Shown here: positions 25,200 through 37,994 of the stretch, in pieces
Layout: each line of letters opens with the position of its first letter
Position numbering within the stretch: position 1 is the first letter of the stretch
Origin: Chiloscyllium plagiosum
Taxonomy: Eukaryota
Assembly (NCBI RefSeq): GCF_004010195.1
Contig: NC_057737.1
Span: 33,266,715-33,330,714 of the forward strand
Direction: 5' to 3'
DNA length: 64,000 bases
Position numbers and translations under genes: made by a program
Notes under the pieces: model-generated
Seen by the model: the letters and a program-made list of their open reading frames with translations, nothing else
Databases searched by the model: none
Told to the model about the DNA's origin: nothing

Positions 25200-26470
25200 A
25201 AACAGCAGCTTTTCTTTCCTGATTTGTCTTATCCTGTAAGTCTCTTTACATCCAGGGCCACTAGATATGGCTGTTCAAGCCTTTCTGTTTGTGGGAACAT
25301 GTTTACTCTGAACATCTTGCATCTCCCCCTTGAATGCTTCTCAGTGTGCTGACACCGATTTACATTCAAGTTGCTGTTGCCAGTCCATTTTTGCAGAAAC
25401 TCTCCTTATCTTAGTAAATTAACTTTGCCCCAATCTTTAGTCCAGTTATAACTTTTGTTTTTTTCCCTAATCATGTTAAAACTAACTGAATTATGAGCTC
25501 TACCACAAAAATGCTCACCCACTGCCAGTCCTTCCGTCTGCCCAGTTTCATTTCCTACTCACAACCAGATATCAAGAATTTTGCTCCTTCAATTTCTTTT
25601 ACACTGAGACTATCTCAGGATAGGAGGAGTAAACATCTTGTACTATTACTGCCCTGTTGGTTTGCAGTTCAGCAATTTGCCTCTGCATTTGCTCTTCTCT
25701 CTCCCTCTGACCATGTCTAGTAGTGCGACTGCCCTCTTTTTGTTCCTTAGCTGAATCCATATGACCTCATTTGATGATCCTTCGAACATATTATTTATTC
25801 CTCAAAACTGTTATTTTTTCTGTGACCAAAATTACTCCTCCTTTCTTCGCCACTGTCTATCTTCTCTGAAAATCCTATTTGGAAAAAATGTTAAGCTTCC
25901 ACTTCTGTACTTTTTTAAACCATGTTTCGGTAAAAACTGATACTATACTATCACATTCTATCTGAGCTGTCGCTATATCTGCCTAATTGGCTATATTCCT
26001 TGCAATTAAACAAATACCTGGAGTACTATGAATTTGTTTTCAATCTAGTTTTTGTTTCCTTTGTGTTTCAGACTCGTGAGCTAATTTTCTGCTTTCCGTT
26101 TTCATTCCTGATTTTATCCCAACTGAATTCATCATTTGGCCCTTGCCCAAATTAGTTTAAATACTCCCCAACAGTACAAGCTAAACATCCCATAAGCCAA
26201 ACACATTTTGGCTGTTTCAACTGAAATCTACCCTCCCTGTACAGGTCGCATCTCCCCCAGTCCTAAAACCTACTCTCCTACATGCAACAAAATTCTAGTC
26301 ATCCATCATAGTTTTAATTTCCTGCCCCTTACTCACTTGCAGGTGACAGTGGAAGTAATTTGGAAATTACTACTTTTGAAGTCCTACCTGCTAATTTCCA
26401 TATAGATCCCTAAATTCTGACTGTAGGACTACATTTTTGTTTTTTCATATGTTCTTAGTCCCAATGTGAA
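25200..26470 (-). mobile_element. Old CR1 ORF1-end/APE-region remnant
   Basis: Diverged similarity to the reverse complement of 41150-42450, for example ccatgtttcggtaa corresponding to the ITETW-type motif. Confidence 0.5.
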
Positions 26471-26550
26471 TAATAGTTGCTGTAGTTGAAGCAGCCCCAA
26501 CATTTCTTTATTTATTAGTCAATTGTTCTGCTGTTGAAAATGCTACAGTA

Positions 26551-27523
26551 TTAGCAAGTTTTGAGAAGATTTGTAGCTCAGGTTGAGGTTCTGGATGTAG
26601 GTTTGCTCACTGAGCTGGAGATTCATTTTCAGATGTTTCGTCACCATACTAGGTATCTGTGACCAAAATTCTGTGATCAAAATTACTCCTCAGTAAGCCT
26701 TCGGACAAAGCACTGCTGATGATTCCTGCTTTCTATTTATATGTTTGGGTTTCTTTGGGTTGGTGATGTCATTTCCTGAGGTGATGTTATTTCCTATGGT
26801 GATGTCATTTTCTGTTCTTTTTCTCACGGGTTGGTAAATCAGGTCCAAGTCAATGTGTTTGTTGATAGAGTTGGAATGCCATGCTTCGAGGAATTCTCAT
26901 GCATGTCTCTGTTTGGCTTGTCCGAGGATAAATGTGTTGTCCCAGTCGAAGTGGTGTCATTCTTTATCTGTATGTAAGGATACTAGTGAGAGAGGGTCAT
27001 ATTTTGTGGCTAGTTGATGTTCATGTATCCTGGTGGCTAGTTTTCTGCCTGTTTGTACAATGTAGTGTTTGTTGCAGTCCTTGCACGGTATTTTGTAAAT
27101 GACATTAGTTTTGGTTGTTGTCTGTATAGAGTCCTTCAAGTTCACTAGCTGCTCTTTTAGTGTGTAGGTGGGTTTGTGGGCTACCATGATGCCACGAGGT
27201 CTGAGTAGTCTGGCAGTCATTTCCATCCTTGTACAAGCCAAACAGAGACATGCACGAGAATTCCTAGAAGCATGGCATTCCAACTGGAACTCTATCAACA
27301 AACACATTGACTTGGACCCCATTTACCACCCCTGAGGAAATAAACAAGAAATGACATCACCATAGGAAATGACATTACCAACCCAAAGAAACCCAAACAT
27401 ATAAATAGAAAGCAGGAATCATCAGCAATGCTTCATCCAGAGGCACACTGAAGATGTTGCCCAGTATGGTGACGAAATGTCTGAAAAGGAACCTACCAGC
27501 TAAGCGAGCAAATCTACATCCAG
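26551..27523. mobile_element. PLE family-A tail-to-tail element (minus arm 26551-27222 with GIY-YIG; plus arm 27223-27523)
   Basis: Minus ORF contains NVIYKIPCKDCNKHYIVQTGRKLATRIHEH. 27223-27523 is the reverse complement of ~26590-26935. Imperfect flanking repeat CAGTAT. Confidence 0.9.
27445..27484 (+). ncRNA. Minimal hammerhead ribozyme motif (PLE family A)
   Basis: ca-CUGAAGA-u-GUUGCC-caguau-GGUGAC-GAAA-U-GUC-ug: core and helix II retained. Confidence 0.7.
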
Positions 27524-29029
27524 TTACCAGTATGAATAGATCTGGCCAATAAATTTTGTTGGTACTGATACATCCTACTAAATTTATTTAATTAGTTAAT
27601 GATTTAATAGTTTATACATGAAAGTAAAGTAATAGAAATGTGCAATTCCCTAGCTGACAAATAAAAACATTAATACTGGAGATTGATTTTAAAAGAAAGA
27701 TTGAGCCCCTCTTACCACTATACACTGAATTTCCTAATGAATGAATTATCTAATTCCACATTCTGTCTACATCTCACTCAGGTATAGGCTCCTGACCATG
27801 TGCCACTTACTGAACTTATGAAATAAAAGCTGTACTTCTTATATAGAACTTCTGCTGACTCGCTAACTACTTTAGCTTCTGCTACAATAATAAACAGCAA
27901 TTGAACCAACTACTTTCAACTGATTGTCAGACAACTACCATTACAAGACAACTCCTTCTTTAATCTGGATATTTAATTCACTTCAGAATTTTTAGTAATT
28001 TGAAAGTTGTTAGTTCTATGGTCAGAATCTGATCCATAATCCATACTTAAATTAGAAAAATACATATCAGATTTGACACATGAAACAAGTTCCCAATTCA
28101 GCACTCCATCTGTATGTCATGCAAGCATAGTTTTCTGAACATGTGCGCTTTACTGACTGGGTGATTTGAAAAACCACTTACCCAGAGCCTCTGATGAATA
28201 TTGTCCTCTTGTTCTTCTTCAAGTAATCTTTGTGAACAACTAGTTGAAACTGTTTGAAAACAGTAAATATTATGAATATCAAATGTTGAATAGTATTGAT
28301 ACCAAGCTAGGGAATTTAAATACATTACACATGCTGTCCCCACATTCAGCTCACAATTTCACAGCATTGAACAGAAATATCAAATCTTATTTTGGGGGAA
28401 AGAGCTTGAAGTACAAACATTGATGAAGGCATTAAGAGGCATTAAATTACTTAAATGGATGCATTCCATCATTTTATAAGATGCATTTATTATAGTTTGT
28501 TTAAAATCTCATTTGAAGTTAGGGATAAAGGAATTAAAACAAATTTGGAGAGCATTTTGCATCATTTGGAGGAACCAAGTGGTCCTACCGATCATTTGCA
28601 GCACAACAAGTTTACTTGATTAAAATTTGGTAAAAGTCACAAGATAAATGTTTATAATACAAAAATACTGATATAAAACTTGACAACAGTGGATAACAGA
28701 ATATTAAATTATGCAGACTGGAAATGCACACAAATGTAAGATTTATAATCATGTACATTAATAGAGAGAAATATATTGATGGAAAAACACATTTGTGGAG
28801 GCTTTTCAGCGTGTAGATGACAAGGCACAAGAATACCATTCAAGGGGAAAAAACAACATTTATACTGCATGAGAGGAGATCACTGTTGGTTGGCAAATGC
28901 AAAAAGGATCATGTAAATCTTGACAGAAGTATAACAACAGGAAGTCAGGTTATGCACACAGGAAATGTGCACATACGAATGTATTGCGAAGGCAAATGTA
29001 TGTCTTAGATGTGTAGAGAATTATACTGG

Positions 29030-29560
29030 CAAATAATTTAGGATTGTCCGTTGGCCTTGGTGCACATGCGTGCGCTGGAAACTACATATATTAATACACA
29101 GGGCCTGATTCTGTGTGTATAGAAATAACATACATGCACTGTGCCTGTTCCAACTCACCAAAATAGGTCAGAAGTCACCTGACACCAGGTTGTAGTGCAA
29201 CAGGTTTATTTGAAATTCTAGGCTTTTGGAGCACTGCTCCTTTGTCAGGTAAAGTGACAAAATATGAGACTGCCAATTTCTGGTTCATTCTTTGGATAAT
29301 GCCTTGTCCAATCAGAATCAGCCTGCCTGATTTAAATTTTAAACAAAGCTTGATGGCTAACTGTCAATCAACAATAGTGTGTTCATTTGCTATGGCAACA
29401 TTTCTCCCAATTACAATCCACTTGCCAATCAATCATCACAGACCTCTCATTCTGCATAAATGTTGATTTTAAACTTGAATTTGTAATCTTCTGAATTGTT
29501 CTCAAAGTGCAAGATGCAAGGCTTCAACAAACTTTGTCATTTAGCAGCAATACTCAAGTT
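29030..29560 (+). mobile_element. Old PLE (family E) 3' remnant, interrupted by a PLE-B arm at 29166-29257
   Basis: HMRALETTYINTQGLILCV resembles a GIY-YIG C-terminus (LEAxYI..P.L). The inserted arm matches 19207-19297 and has a 7-bp flanking repeat CAAAATA. Confidence 0.55.
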
Positions 29561-29721
29561 CTATGCTTTAAAATGACTATTCATATTATCAGAGAAATAT
29601 GTACAAATCTAGTTAGTGAGAAACTTCTTCAGTTTGCTTTAAAGAAATATGGAAACAGTATTTTTGGTACCAAATTTATATTGCATACAGACTTAGAAAT
29701 TTCAACTTTCTTACTCTTCAG

Positions 29722-30267
29722 AATGCTGCCATGCAGTCTTCATACCCTGTTGATGTTCTACACAGCAATGCAGCAGCCTGGCACTGCACTGCTACAGATG
29801 AATCCAAAAAGTCTGAAGTTAACTTGGAAACTGTCTTTCAGATAGTGGATGAATTAAGGGCATCTCCAAAACTTCAGTTGGTGAAAATGGATACTGTAGA
29901 GAATCCGACACAAATTCAACAATCACAGGGCACTCATCAGGCTACCAGCACTCCAACATATACAGACAATGCAGCAGCCACCGTTCAGTCTATTGAAATT
30001 GAGTCTCTCACCTCTACAGTCTCAGAGATTAAGTCATTTGTGGTAGCAGGAAACCGGCCGCTTACTTGTGCACTGCCTTCAGCAGCTGATAGTGTGCACT
30101 CGTCTACCAAACAGCCATCTGAAAGTACAACCACTATGAGCATTGTTCCAGAATCAGTTCCTTCTGAGCAGTGCCCACCAGAAGGAGAGATGCACAAGCT
30201 GTGTCACAATACATCTCTCCATCCTATAGTGTTTGTTGAGGATGGGCCGGAATCCAACTCTGAAAGA
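29722..30267 (+). CDS. Internal coding exon (546 nt, phase 0-0) of an unidentified host gene; Ser/Thr/Glu-rich, probably disordered
   Basis: Acceptor ttcaactttcttactcttcag|AAT and donor AGA|gtaagt enclose 182 open codons (NAAMQSSYPVDV...EDGPESNSER) in non-repetitive sequence. An alternative in-frame acceptor at 29841/29842 is possible. Confidence 0.8.
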
Positions 30268-30849
30268 GTAAGTTTAACAATAAACATATATTTATAATTG
30301 ATAAATAAAATAAGCTATATAGTGTAGCTAGCAAATAATGAACAGCTTTTATCATGTTCGGCAGCAGTAGATAGTCTAATAGTTAACATCCATACAGTGG
30401 TAAACTTTATCATCACAAGATATCATGAGAAAGCTATAAACGCAGTCATCTTTCATAATAAATGTTAATCTTGACGTTTTTGTTTGAAAAGATGAATATA
30501 TATTGTGCAAATACTAATCTGAACACAAGATCATGTGGGATATCATGAGAAATTGATAATCACTATGGTATTGAAGTCTGAAAGGACAGGATTAAATGAC
30601 TCTGCATCTTTATTGGTATTAGCAAAAATCAATGAAATACAAAAATAAAGTGTCACATTAACAGTGAAACAAAGTTGGCATTTAATTTCCCTCATTCAAG
30701 TTCTCACTCAACGTTTTCTTTGTAAGCCTAATTTATGGTTGTTGTGGTTCCAGTAATTAAGCAGGAAAGAACATCCAAGAGAGTACCTTCAGCTCATTCT
30801 ACAGATTAACATAATTAGGGTTAAAACAATTATCAGAAATAGTAGATGA

Positions 30850-32160
30850 ACAATTATTGTATTCATATGATTCCCTCATTTACCAAATGGAGGCATTCAT
30901 CTATTCAAAGTAAATTGGTAAGGTGATGTAAAAATGAATTCCCTTGACAGCAAGGCAATATATAACTAAAAGTGTGGCTTAGCTATCCTGAAGTAAATGG
31001 GAAGAGCCTCCACTTGTTGGAATCAAATTCAACACAAAGATAGTTTATTGTTTTTGTTAGAGGCCAATCATCTCATCCTGTGACATTGCTACAGGGAGCC
31101 CTCAGTAATATTCTGGCCCAACCATCTTCAGCTGTTTTACCAATGACTTTCCCACTATAATAAGATCATACATGAAGCTGTTTTATATGCAGTAGTACCA
31201 ATTATGAATCTGCAGATATTGGAGATTTCACGAGAAGTTAATAATTGCCTTGCTGTCAAAACCTCAAAGGATAAGATTAAGTGTCTTTCCATTCTATTCT
31301 TTAGTAATAAAAGCAGATAATAGCCTTGACACCTCATCACATGCAGCAAAAACCAAAATAACATCCAGGTTTGGGATGATGGGTGGCAAGCAAAATTTAC
31401 ATCACACAAGTACCAGAAAATGACTATCATCAGCAAGAGAAAAATCATTATAATTGTTCAGTCTTCTACCATCATCATCGTACTATTGACCTGAAACAGG
31501 CCAGAAATTGATCATATTAATATTCTGGGTAAAAACAAGGGCTGCAGATGCTGGAAACCAGAGTCTAGATCAGAGTGATGCTGGAAAAGCACAGCAGGTC
31601 AGGCAGCATCCGAGGAGCAGGAAAATCAATGTTAATATTCTGCCTGACTACCCAAAGCCTATTCACACAAAGGCACAAATTATGAGTGTGATGGCTCTCC
31701 ACTCGCTTTGATGAGTGCAGCTCAGACAGTGTTCAACCAGCTCAGCACGATCCAGGAAAAGGCAGCCCACCTGATCAGCATTCCATCTACCATCTTAAAA
31801 GTTCACTCCCTCCAAAACTGAGGCACGGGGCAGTGGTGTGTACCATCTCCAAGACATTGCAACAACTCACCAAAGCTCTTAGATAACACCATCCAAACTT
31901 CACAATTACTACCCCTTAGATGGCAGGGAACAGCAGAAACATTGGGACCCATCACCTACAAATCCCCTCCAAAATATACACCAACTGAACGTGAAAATAT
32001 AATTTCATACCGTCGCATCTTCCTTCTTTAAAGACTTTGGATCTACCTACACTACAGTATAGGGACTGCAACAGCGCAAAAAGATAACTCGCCATCACAT
32101 TCACAAAGTCAATTAGGAATAGGGAACAAATGCTGACTTCACTACTGATGTTTACTATGC
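30850..32160 (+). mobile_element. Old CR1/L2-group LINE (RT to 3' end), interrupted by a PLE-C fragment
   Basis: GPTIFSCFTNDFP (31115-31153) and TIQEKAAHLIS (31747-31780). Confidence 0.65.
31528..31631 (-). mobile_element. 104-bp PLE family-C 3'-end insertion
   Basis: 11-bp TSD TTAATATTCTG (31517-31527 / 31632-31642). Matches 8332-8430. Confidence 0.88.
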
Positions 32161-33074
32161 ATGAAGAAACTTAGTTCCATTACAAACAGAGTATTGCCAC
32201 AGGTGTAATATGGGTGTTCATCACTATCAAAGTGAACAGTAAAATTAAAAGAAGTGCAAATATTGAAAAACTAAAAGCAAAACAGGTAATGATAGTAAGA
32301 TGCAGGAGCATTGAATCAAACACAGCTATGTTACAGGTACATACCCTGCCCCAGAAATAAAACTAAAAATAATCCCATGTATATTTTCTACTTTTATTAT
32401 CTCCATCTCTGAATGTGGATTTCGTTGAAACTGTTGTACAAATAGCACATGGCTCAAAAAGATCTATCTTTGATGAAAAGCTGAATCCAGAGTAGGTAAC
32501 TAACAACTTTAGCTAGCCTCTACCTCTGAATGACCTTCATGTTGGACACTGAGCACCAACATCACAGCACACTGGCCACACACATACAGTCATATCCAAG
32601 GAGTTAGGCATCTGAAAATTGCCAGGTGTTAACTATCCTTATCGCATCTCTGATCTATGCACAGGATTCTTTTGCACTTCAGTGCTGCATCTCAGGCTGT
32701 ACCAGCAAAATTAATTATAATTCTGCAGTAATGTCACCAGCTCATGGACTGGACCAAGTTATATCTCCAGGCTCTTTGCTTTTTGTCAAAATGCACAGTT
32801 ATTCTGAGCTTACCTGGATGCTCACAGCATCCCTGCCATGCACTGCTTTGTCTTTTTATATTTGTCCCCTCAGCCAGACATACTAGGCTCATCTTACTTG
32901 TATGTTGCTTTGTGATACATAAATTAAGAAAACTCATAGTGGTTATTAGCAGCAGTCAAGTCAAGTGGGATAGCCTTTGCTTAGGGGATCTTGGCATAGA
33001 AAGTCTAGTCAAGTCTGACTCTAGTGTAGGGACTTAGAAATGATGCTCACAGTCAAATGCTCACCATGTGGAAA

Positions 33075-33312
33075 TGCTCAGCAGGTTTGGTAGCATCACT
33101 GTGCTTGAAACCCTTTTACAGCAATTTCTGTTTTTGATTCAGCTCTTCACTACTCATATGACGAGCATCTTGTTTGTGATCATCATCAGAAACTAAACCA
33201 AAAATTGCTGTAAAAGCTCAGCAGGTTTGGTAGCATCACTGAGCTTGAAACCCTTCTCCAGCAATTTCTGTTTTTGTTTCTGATTTCTAGCGTCTGCAGT
33301 CCTTTTGGTTTT
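33075..33312. mobile_element. PLE family-D mini-foldback (33195-33312) with a partial local duplicate (33075-33140)
   Basis: aaaaattgctg...cagcaatttct inverted arms. The same internal junction sequence occurs twice. Confidence 0.65.
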
Positions 33313-33676
33313 TACTGGGCACAGCTGAATGTTGGGCAGTCCATCACCCATCTTGAGTCTTTCTGCCCTATTTCGGTCTGCTTTCTTTGTTGAATAAGTG
33401 AGAGGTAGGTATTAGGGAGATGAAAGTCATTGGCACAGCTATTACTTCTGGTGCAGGCGGGAGGTTTCCTGAGTGAGGAGTTTGGCACCATTGAGGTGTG
33501 CAGAATTTGTGATGTCAAGGGTTGGTATGGGTAACAGCAAGTGGGGGAAAATATTGCAGGGATTAAAGTGAGTAGTAAAGCATGAGCCTTGGTAGGTGGT
33601 GGATATAGGAGCAGAGATAGAGTGTGAGGTATTGGAGAAGATGCTGACGAGGTGGAGAAGATCGGTGACCTTTTTT

Positions 33677-33987
33677 TTAGATTAGATTCCTTACAGTGTG
33701 GAAACCGGCCCTTCGGCCCAACAAGTCCACACCAACCCGCTGAAACACAAGCCACCCAGACCCATTCCCTTACATTTACCCCTCCACCTAACACTACTGG
33801 CAATTTAGCATGGCCAATTCACCTAACCTGCACATTTTTGGACTGTGGGAGGAAACCGGAGCACCCGGAGGAAACCCACGCAGACACGGGGAGTATGTGC
33901 AAACTCCACACAGCCAAGTCGCTTGAGGCGGGAATTGAACCCTTGTCTCTGGAGCTGTGAGGCAACAGTGCTAACCACCATGCCACC
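33677..33987 (-). mobile_element. HE1/V-SINE-type tRNA-derived SINE
   Basis: Minus strand shows an A box (TGGCATGGTGG), a B box (GGTTCAATTCC), the V-domain TGTGTGGAGTTTGCAC...GGGTTTCCTCCGGGTGCTCCGGTTTCCTCCCACAGTCCAAA and a CR1-like 3' tail. Confidence 0.9.
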
Positions 33988-34784
33988 TTCTTCTTAAAGT
34001 GCAGTGAATTCCTTAAAGTGCTTGATGTAATGCAGCCCAAAGTTATAGAACGTTAACCAGATAAGGAAAAGTCTCAAGAAAGAGCTGTGTATCTGTAATA
34101 ATGTTGAGTTAACTGTATGGCAGACTCTTGTATTTCTTTCTCTTGTATTTCCCACTTTAATTTGTTGTGCTTAATTTACAAATATGGCCTTCTGTGCTTA
34201 CATTCTGTACAGGACAGAAAAACAGTTCAAATCTATTTTCACGATCCAAAACATTGCTTACCTATCATTTCTTCACAGATTTGATAGATATATAGTGTAG
34301 TTCCCACAGTTTCCATGTTATTTCACTGTAGTCACTGAAATCTTAGTAACATACCGACTCAAACAGAAGAAAACTTCTGTATGAAGTACCACTGCATAAG
34401 TTGTACTTTAAGCCTGCATAAACACAGTGTTTACTTAATGCATTTCTAACAACACTAAATTTGATTAGTTGACAACTAATTGACAACAAGTTGAAGGAGG
34501 ACAATCAGTCCATAAAATTGAAACAAGTACCTGCTTGTTCAAAAAAAACGAAGTAGAGTCATTGCCTCATTCATTTAATATTAATACAATATTTCCTGCT
34601 TCAAATATTTATCCAATATCAATTTAAAGGTTGCTGTTGATTCTATATTAATTTGCATCTCCTATAAGATGGTACAAAGCAAATCCTGTGCACTCATTGT
34701 TAGCTGTGACATCATTAGCATTCTAACACCCATCGCATTCCTTCTGCATTTCAATCAACCTTTTCTTCTTAAATCCCAAATGTG

Positions 34785-35210
34785 GATGTTACTATCTCAG
34801 TGAGCATTTGTTGCCCATTCCTAATTTCCCTTGAGAAGGTGGTGACCTGCCTTCTTGAATGTTTCAGTCCATGTAGTATTAGTACACCCAGAGTACTATT
34901 ATGGAGAGTGTTTCAGGATTTTGGCCTAGCAGTGAAGGAATGACAGTATAATTTCAAGTCAGGATGGTGTGTGGCTTGGGAGTGAAACTTGCATGGTGAT
35001 GTTCCCTTATCTTTCTAGGTGGTGGAGGTCACAGCTATTCTGATGGCTTGTTGCAGTGCATCTTGTAGATTACATGCATTGCTACTGATTCATATCAGCG
35101 ATGGAGGAAGTGAATGTTGCAGATGTTGGATAGGGTACCAGGCAATGGGCCTCTTTGACCTGGATAATATCAAACTTCTAAATTGTCATTGGAGCTACAT
35201 TTATCCAAGC
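34785..35210 (-). mobile_element. Old CR1/L2-group LINE 3' end
   Basis: Reverse-complement similarity to 21505-21925 and 31680-32150. Confidence 0.6.
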
Positions 35211-35269
35211 AAACTGAGAGTATTCCATTGCACAACATGCCTTGGTTAATGCCAGTTGGGTTAATTCCT

Positions 35270-35605
35270 TTTATCAGGTTTTGTGGACATCACATACAAC
35301 TGACAGCTTTGGAAGGCCATTACAGAAGGCACTCAAGAGTCAAGCACATTTTTGTGGGCCTGGAATCGCATATTGTATCAACCAAGAAAGTGCATCAGAT
35401 TTTCTTCCCTAAAGGGCATTCATCTACCAGATGGATTTGTAACCATAATCAATGGTAACTGTCATGATCACCATTATCAAGACTAGTTTTATATTCCAGA
35501 TTAATTAATTGAATATAAGTTGCCATGATGGAATTTGAACCCATGTACTAAAATCTTTAGACTGGATGTCATGGTTACAAGTCTAAGGCATTGCCACTGC
35601 CACTC
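35270..35605 (-). mobile_element. Old tRNA-derived SINE (second family)
   Basis: Minus-strand B box GGGTTCAAATTCC (~35530-35543) followed by a body similar to 21955-22145. Confidence 0.55.
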
Positions 35606-35939
35606 CTTCTCTCCTACCATGCCACTCATATAAAGTTAGATTTCCAGTGATTCAATTAATTGTTTTATTGAAAATACCAACTAGGTGTTGACACATGTGA
35701 ATACAACAGCATAATCATGGACTTCTTTGTCACCAACACTAAAATCATCCATCCAACTACCTCTGCCACATCACTCCCTTTTCTTTGTACATCTAGCCAT
35801 ACCAATGCAATGATTTCTTCTTCCTCATTTTTTCCCCTATTCTGACTCTTCCCGATTCTTTGTTTATTTTTAATAACTCCCCATGTCCCTTTTGAAGCTC
35901 ACCTTGTTCATGAGTCAGTCATACAACATGGAAACAGGC

Positions 35940-36840
35940 CCTTTACAGTCCGCTGCACACTGCTGCTACTGCCCATTGATGGTGGAGGGAGTGAATATTT
36001 GCTTATGTGAAAAGCCAATGAAGCAAGATTTGTCCTGGGATGATGTCAGGCTTCTTGAGTGTTGTTGAATGCACCTGATTTGGGGAGTCAGAAGGTACGT
36101 TATTCACTGTCAGATTCCAAGCTTTTGACCTGGTCTGATAGCCACAGTATCTATATGGCAACTTCATAGTCAGTTAATCTAATTCAGCTTCTGGTCAGTG
36201 GTTAGCTTCAGAATGTTGATAATAGGGGACTCAATGATGGTGATGCCATTGGCATTCAATGGGAAATAATTAGATTCTCTCTTGTTAGAGATGGTCATTT
36301 TCAACTAGGAGAAAGTGAGGACTGCACTTGCCAGACATCGGTGTCATAATGTGTGGGACCCTCAAACCACACAGTTTCAATGTTGATTTCACCACTTTCC
36401 TCAAATCCCCTCCTCCCACCCTTCCCAGATTCAACACTCCAACTTGGTTCTGTCTTCTTGAACTGTCCATCTTCTTTCCCACCTATCCACTCCACCATCT
36501 TCATCTACCTATCTGATGCCCAGCTACCTACCCCCCACCCCATCTCCTTCCTATTTATCTCTCAGCCCCCTTGGACCTGCCCCACATTCCTGATGAAAAG
36601 CTTATGCTCGAAACATCGACTCTCCTGCTTCTTGGATGCTGCCTCACTGGCTGTGCTTTTCCAGCACCACACTTTTTGACTATGGTCATTTTCAACCCAA
36701 GCCAGATATTATCCAGGTCTTACTGCATTTGGGATGGACTATTTCTGAAGGGTCATGAATGGCATTGAACACTGTGTAATCATTAACAAACATCCTCACT
36801 TCTGACCTTTTAATTGGGGGAAGGTCATTGATAAAACTTT
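35940..36840 (-). mobile_element. Old CR1/L2-group LINE interrupted by PLE-C
   Basis: The reverse complement reads NDLPP-IKRSEVRMFVNDYTV, an RT FADD-equivalent (36770-36832). Confidence 0.6.
36306..36681 (+). mobile_element. PLE family-C 3' fragment with a short inverted terminal piece at its 5' junction
   Basis: 15-bp TSD ATGGTCATTTTCAAC (36291-36305 / 36682-36696). Hammerhead motif CUGAUGA...GAAAC at 36590-36617. gagaaagtgaggactgca at 36309-36326 is the element terminus inverted. Confidence 0.88.
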
Positions 36841-36879
36841 CTGCTCTCTTGGACCTATTCCCACTAAACTGGTGACTAT

Positions 36880-37690
36880 CTGTGGTGAAAAGTATGATTT
36901 ATGTATTAATAAATATTTGAAAATTAACTTGGTCAGTCTTTTCAAAATCACGATTTCAAACTAATATGTATCAGAGACCAAATGACTGCATGGACTCCTG
37001 GAAGGATAATGATAATTAATTTATATTGTGGGGCCTTATGACAAGAGAGAGAAAACATTGGCTTTACCAGAATCTAAGATGAACAATTTGTATTATTTAG
37101 TTAGTTTGTAAGATTTCAGTTTGAAGAAATTTTGACCAAAGCCAAATACAAGTATAGTCCTTCCTAGGAAAGGAGTTTATTAGACACAATTAAAGAAATA
37201 AGTTACTTTAGTGAAAGAGTTCAGTTTGTGAAACTTCCAGACCAGGAGTGTATGGTTAGAACTCTGCAAGTTATTATAAAACTGAGAAGGTCTAAGCTAT
37301 CAGTTGAGTGATGAGTCAGGGAAATGGCCTCACGGTTCAAAGGACTAAAACTGAGAAGAGGCAGTTACATCAAACCTACAGATATGATACAGAAGGGAAA
37401 TTTCTCTGGATTTTGATTAATTGAAAAATGATGGTGTTGAGGAGTAGATGAGATTTTGTTTTGCCACAGGTTTTGAATTTTTTCAAACTGTTATATTTCA
37501 TTAGTTTGTTTTAATTTATTATACTTTTATTTATTTTGTGTAATAAATTTTGTTTTATTGCTAAAACTAAATCTGCAGCTGTGTGTGCTTATACTTCATT
37601 GAAATGCCACCATATTGAATAAAAATAAAAACAAGGTATGAACTATCTATATTTCACTCAGAGATTTGACTTGTCTAGTATTCCCAAGTT
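36880..37690 (+). mobile_element. Probable solo LTR
   Basis: LTR-like composition with AATAAA (37542). Its 3' part loosely resembles the reverse complement of 19880-20050. Confidence 0.35.
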
Positions 37691-37994
37691 CCCTTCCTAA
37701 TCAGTATGGTGGCTAATATTTTTAATAGGTTAATGTTGTGAGTCAGGAACTGATAGTCAGCAAGTACCATAAGGTAGAGCTAAAAAGAACTTTGAAGAGA
37801 GAGTTCAAGAGGGCATGATATCTCCTCTGAACCAGCTCCATTGCACTTATATTCTTCCATAAATAGGAGAACAACGCTGCTTATGGTGTTTGAGATGTAG
37901 TTTCGAAAATGCCGCCTGTAACTGAAGCATAACATGCATTTTTTTAATGTTAAATTCCTTCTTTAAGAGCAGATAGCATTCCATTAGCCTTCTT

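Noticed and set aside
33920-33987. tRNA-like A/B boxes (also ~39890-39955 and 57870-57941)
   Set aside because: SINE heads followed by a V-domain and LINE tail, not tRNA genes.
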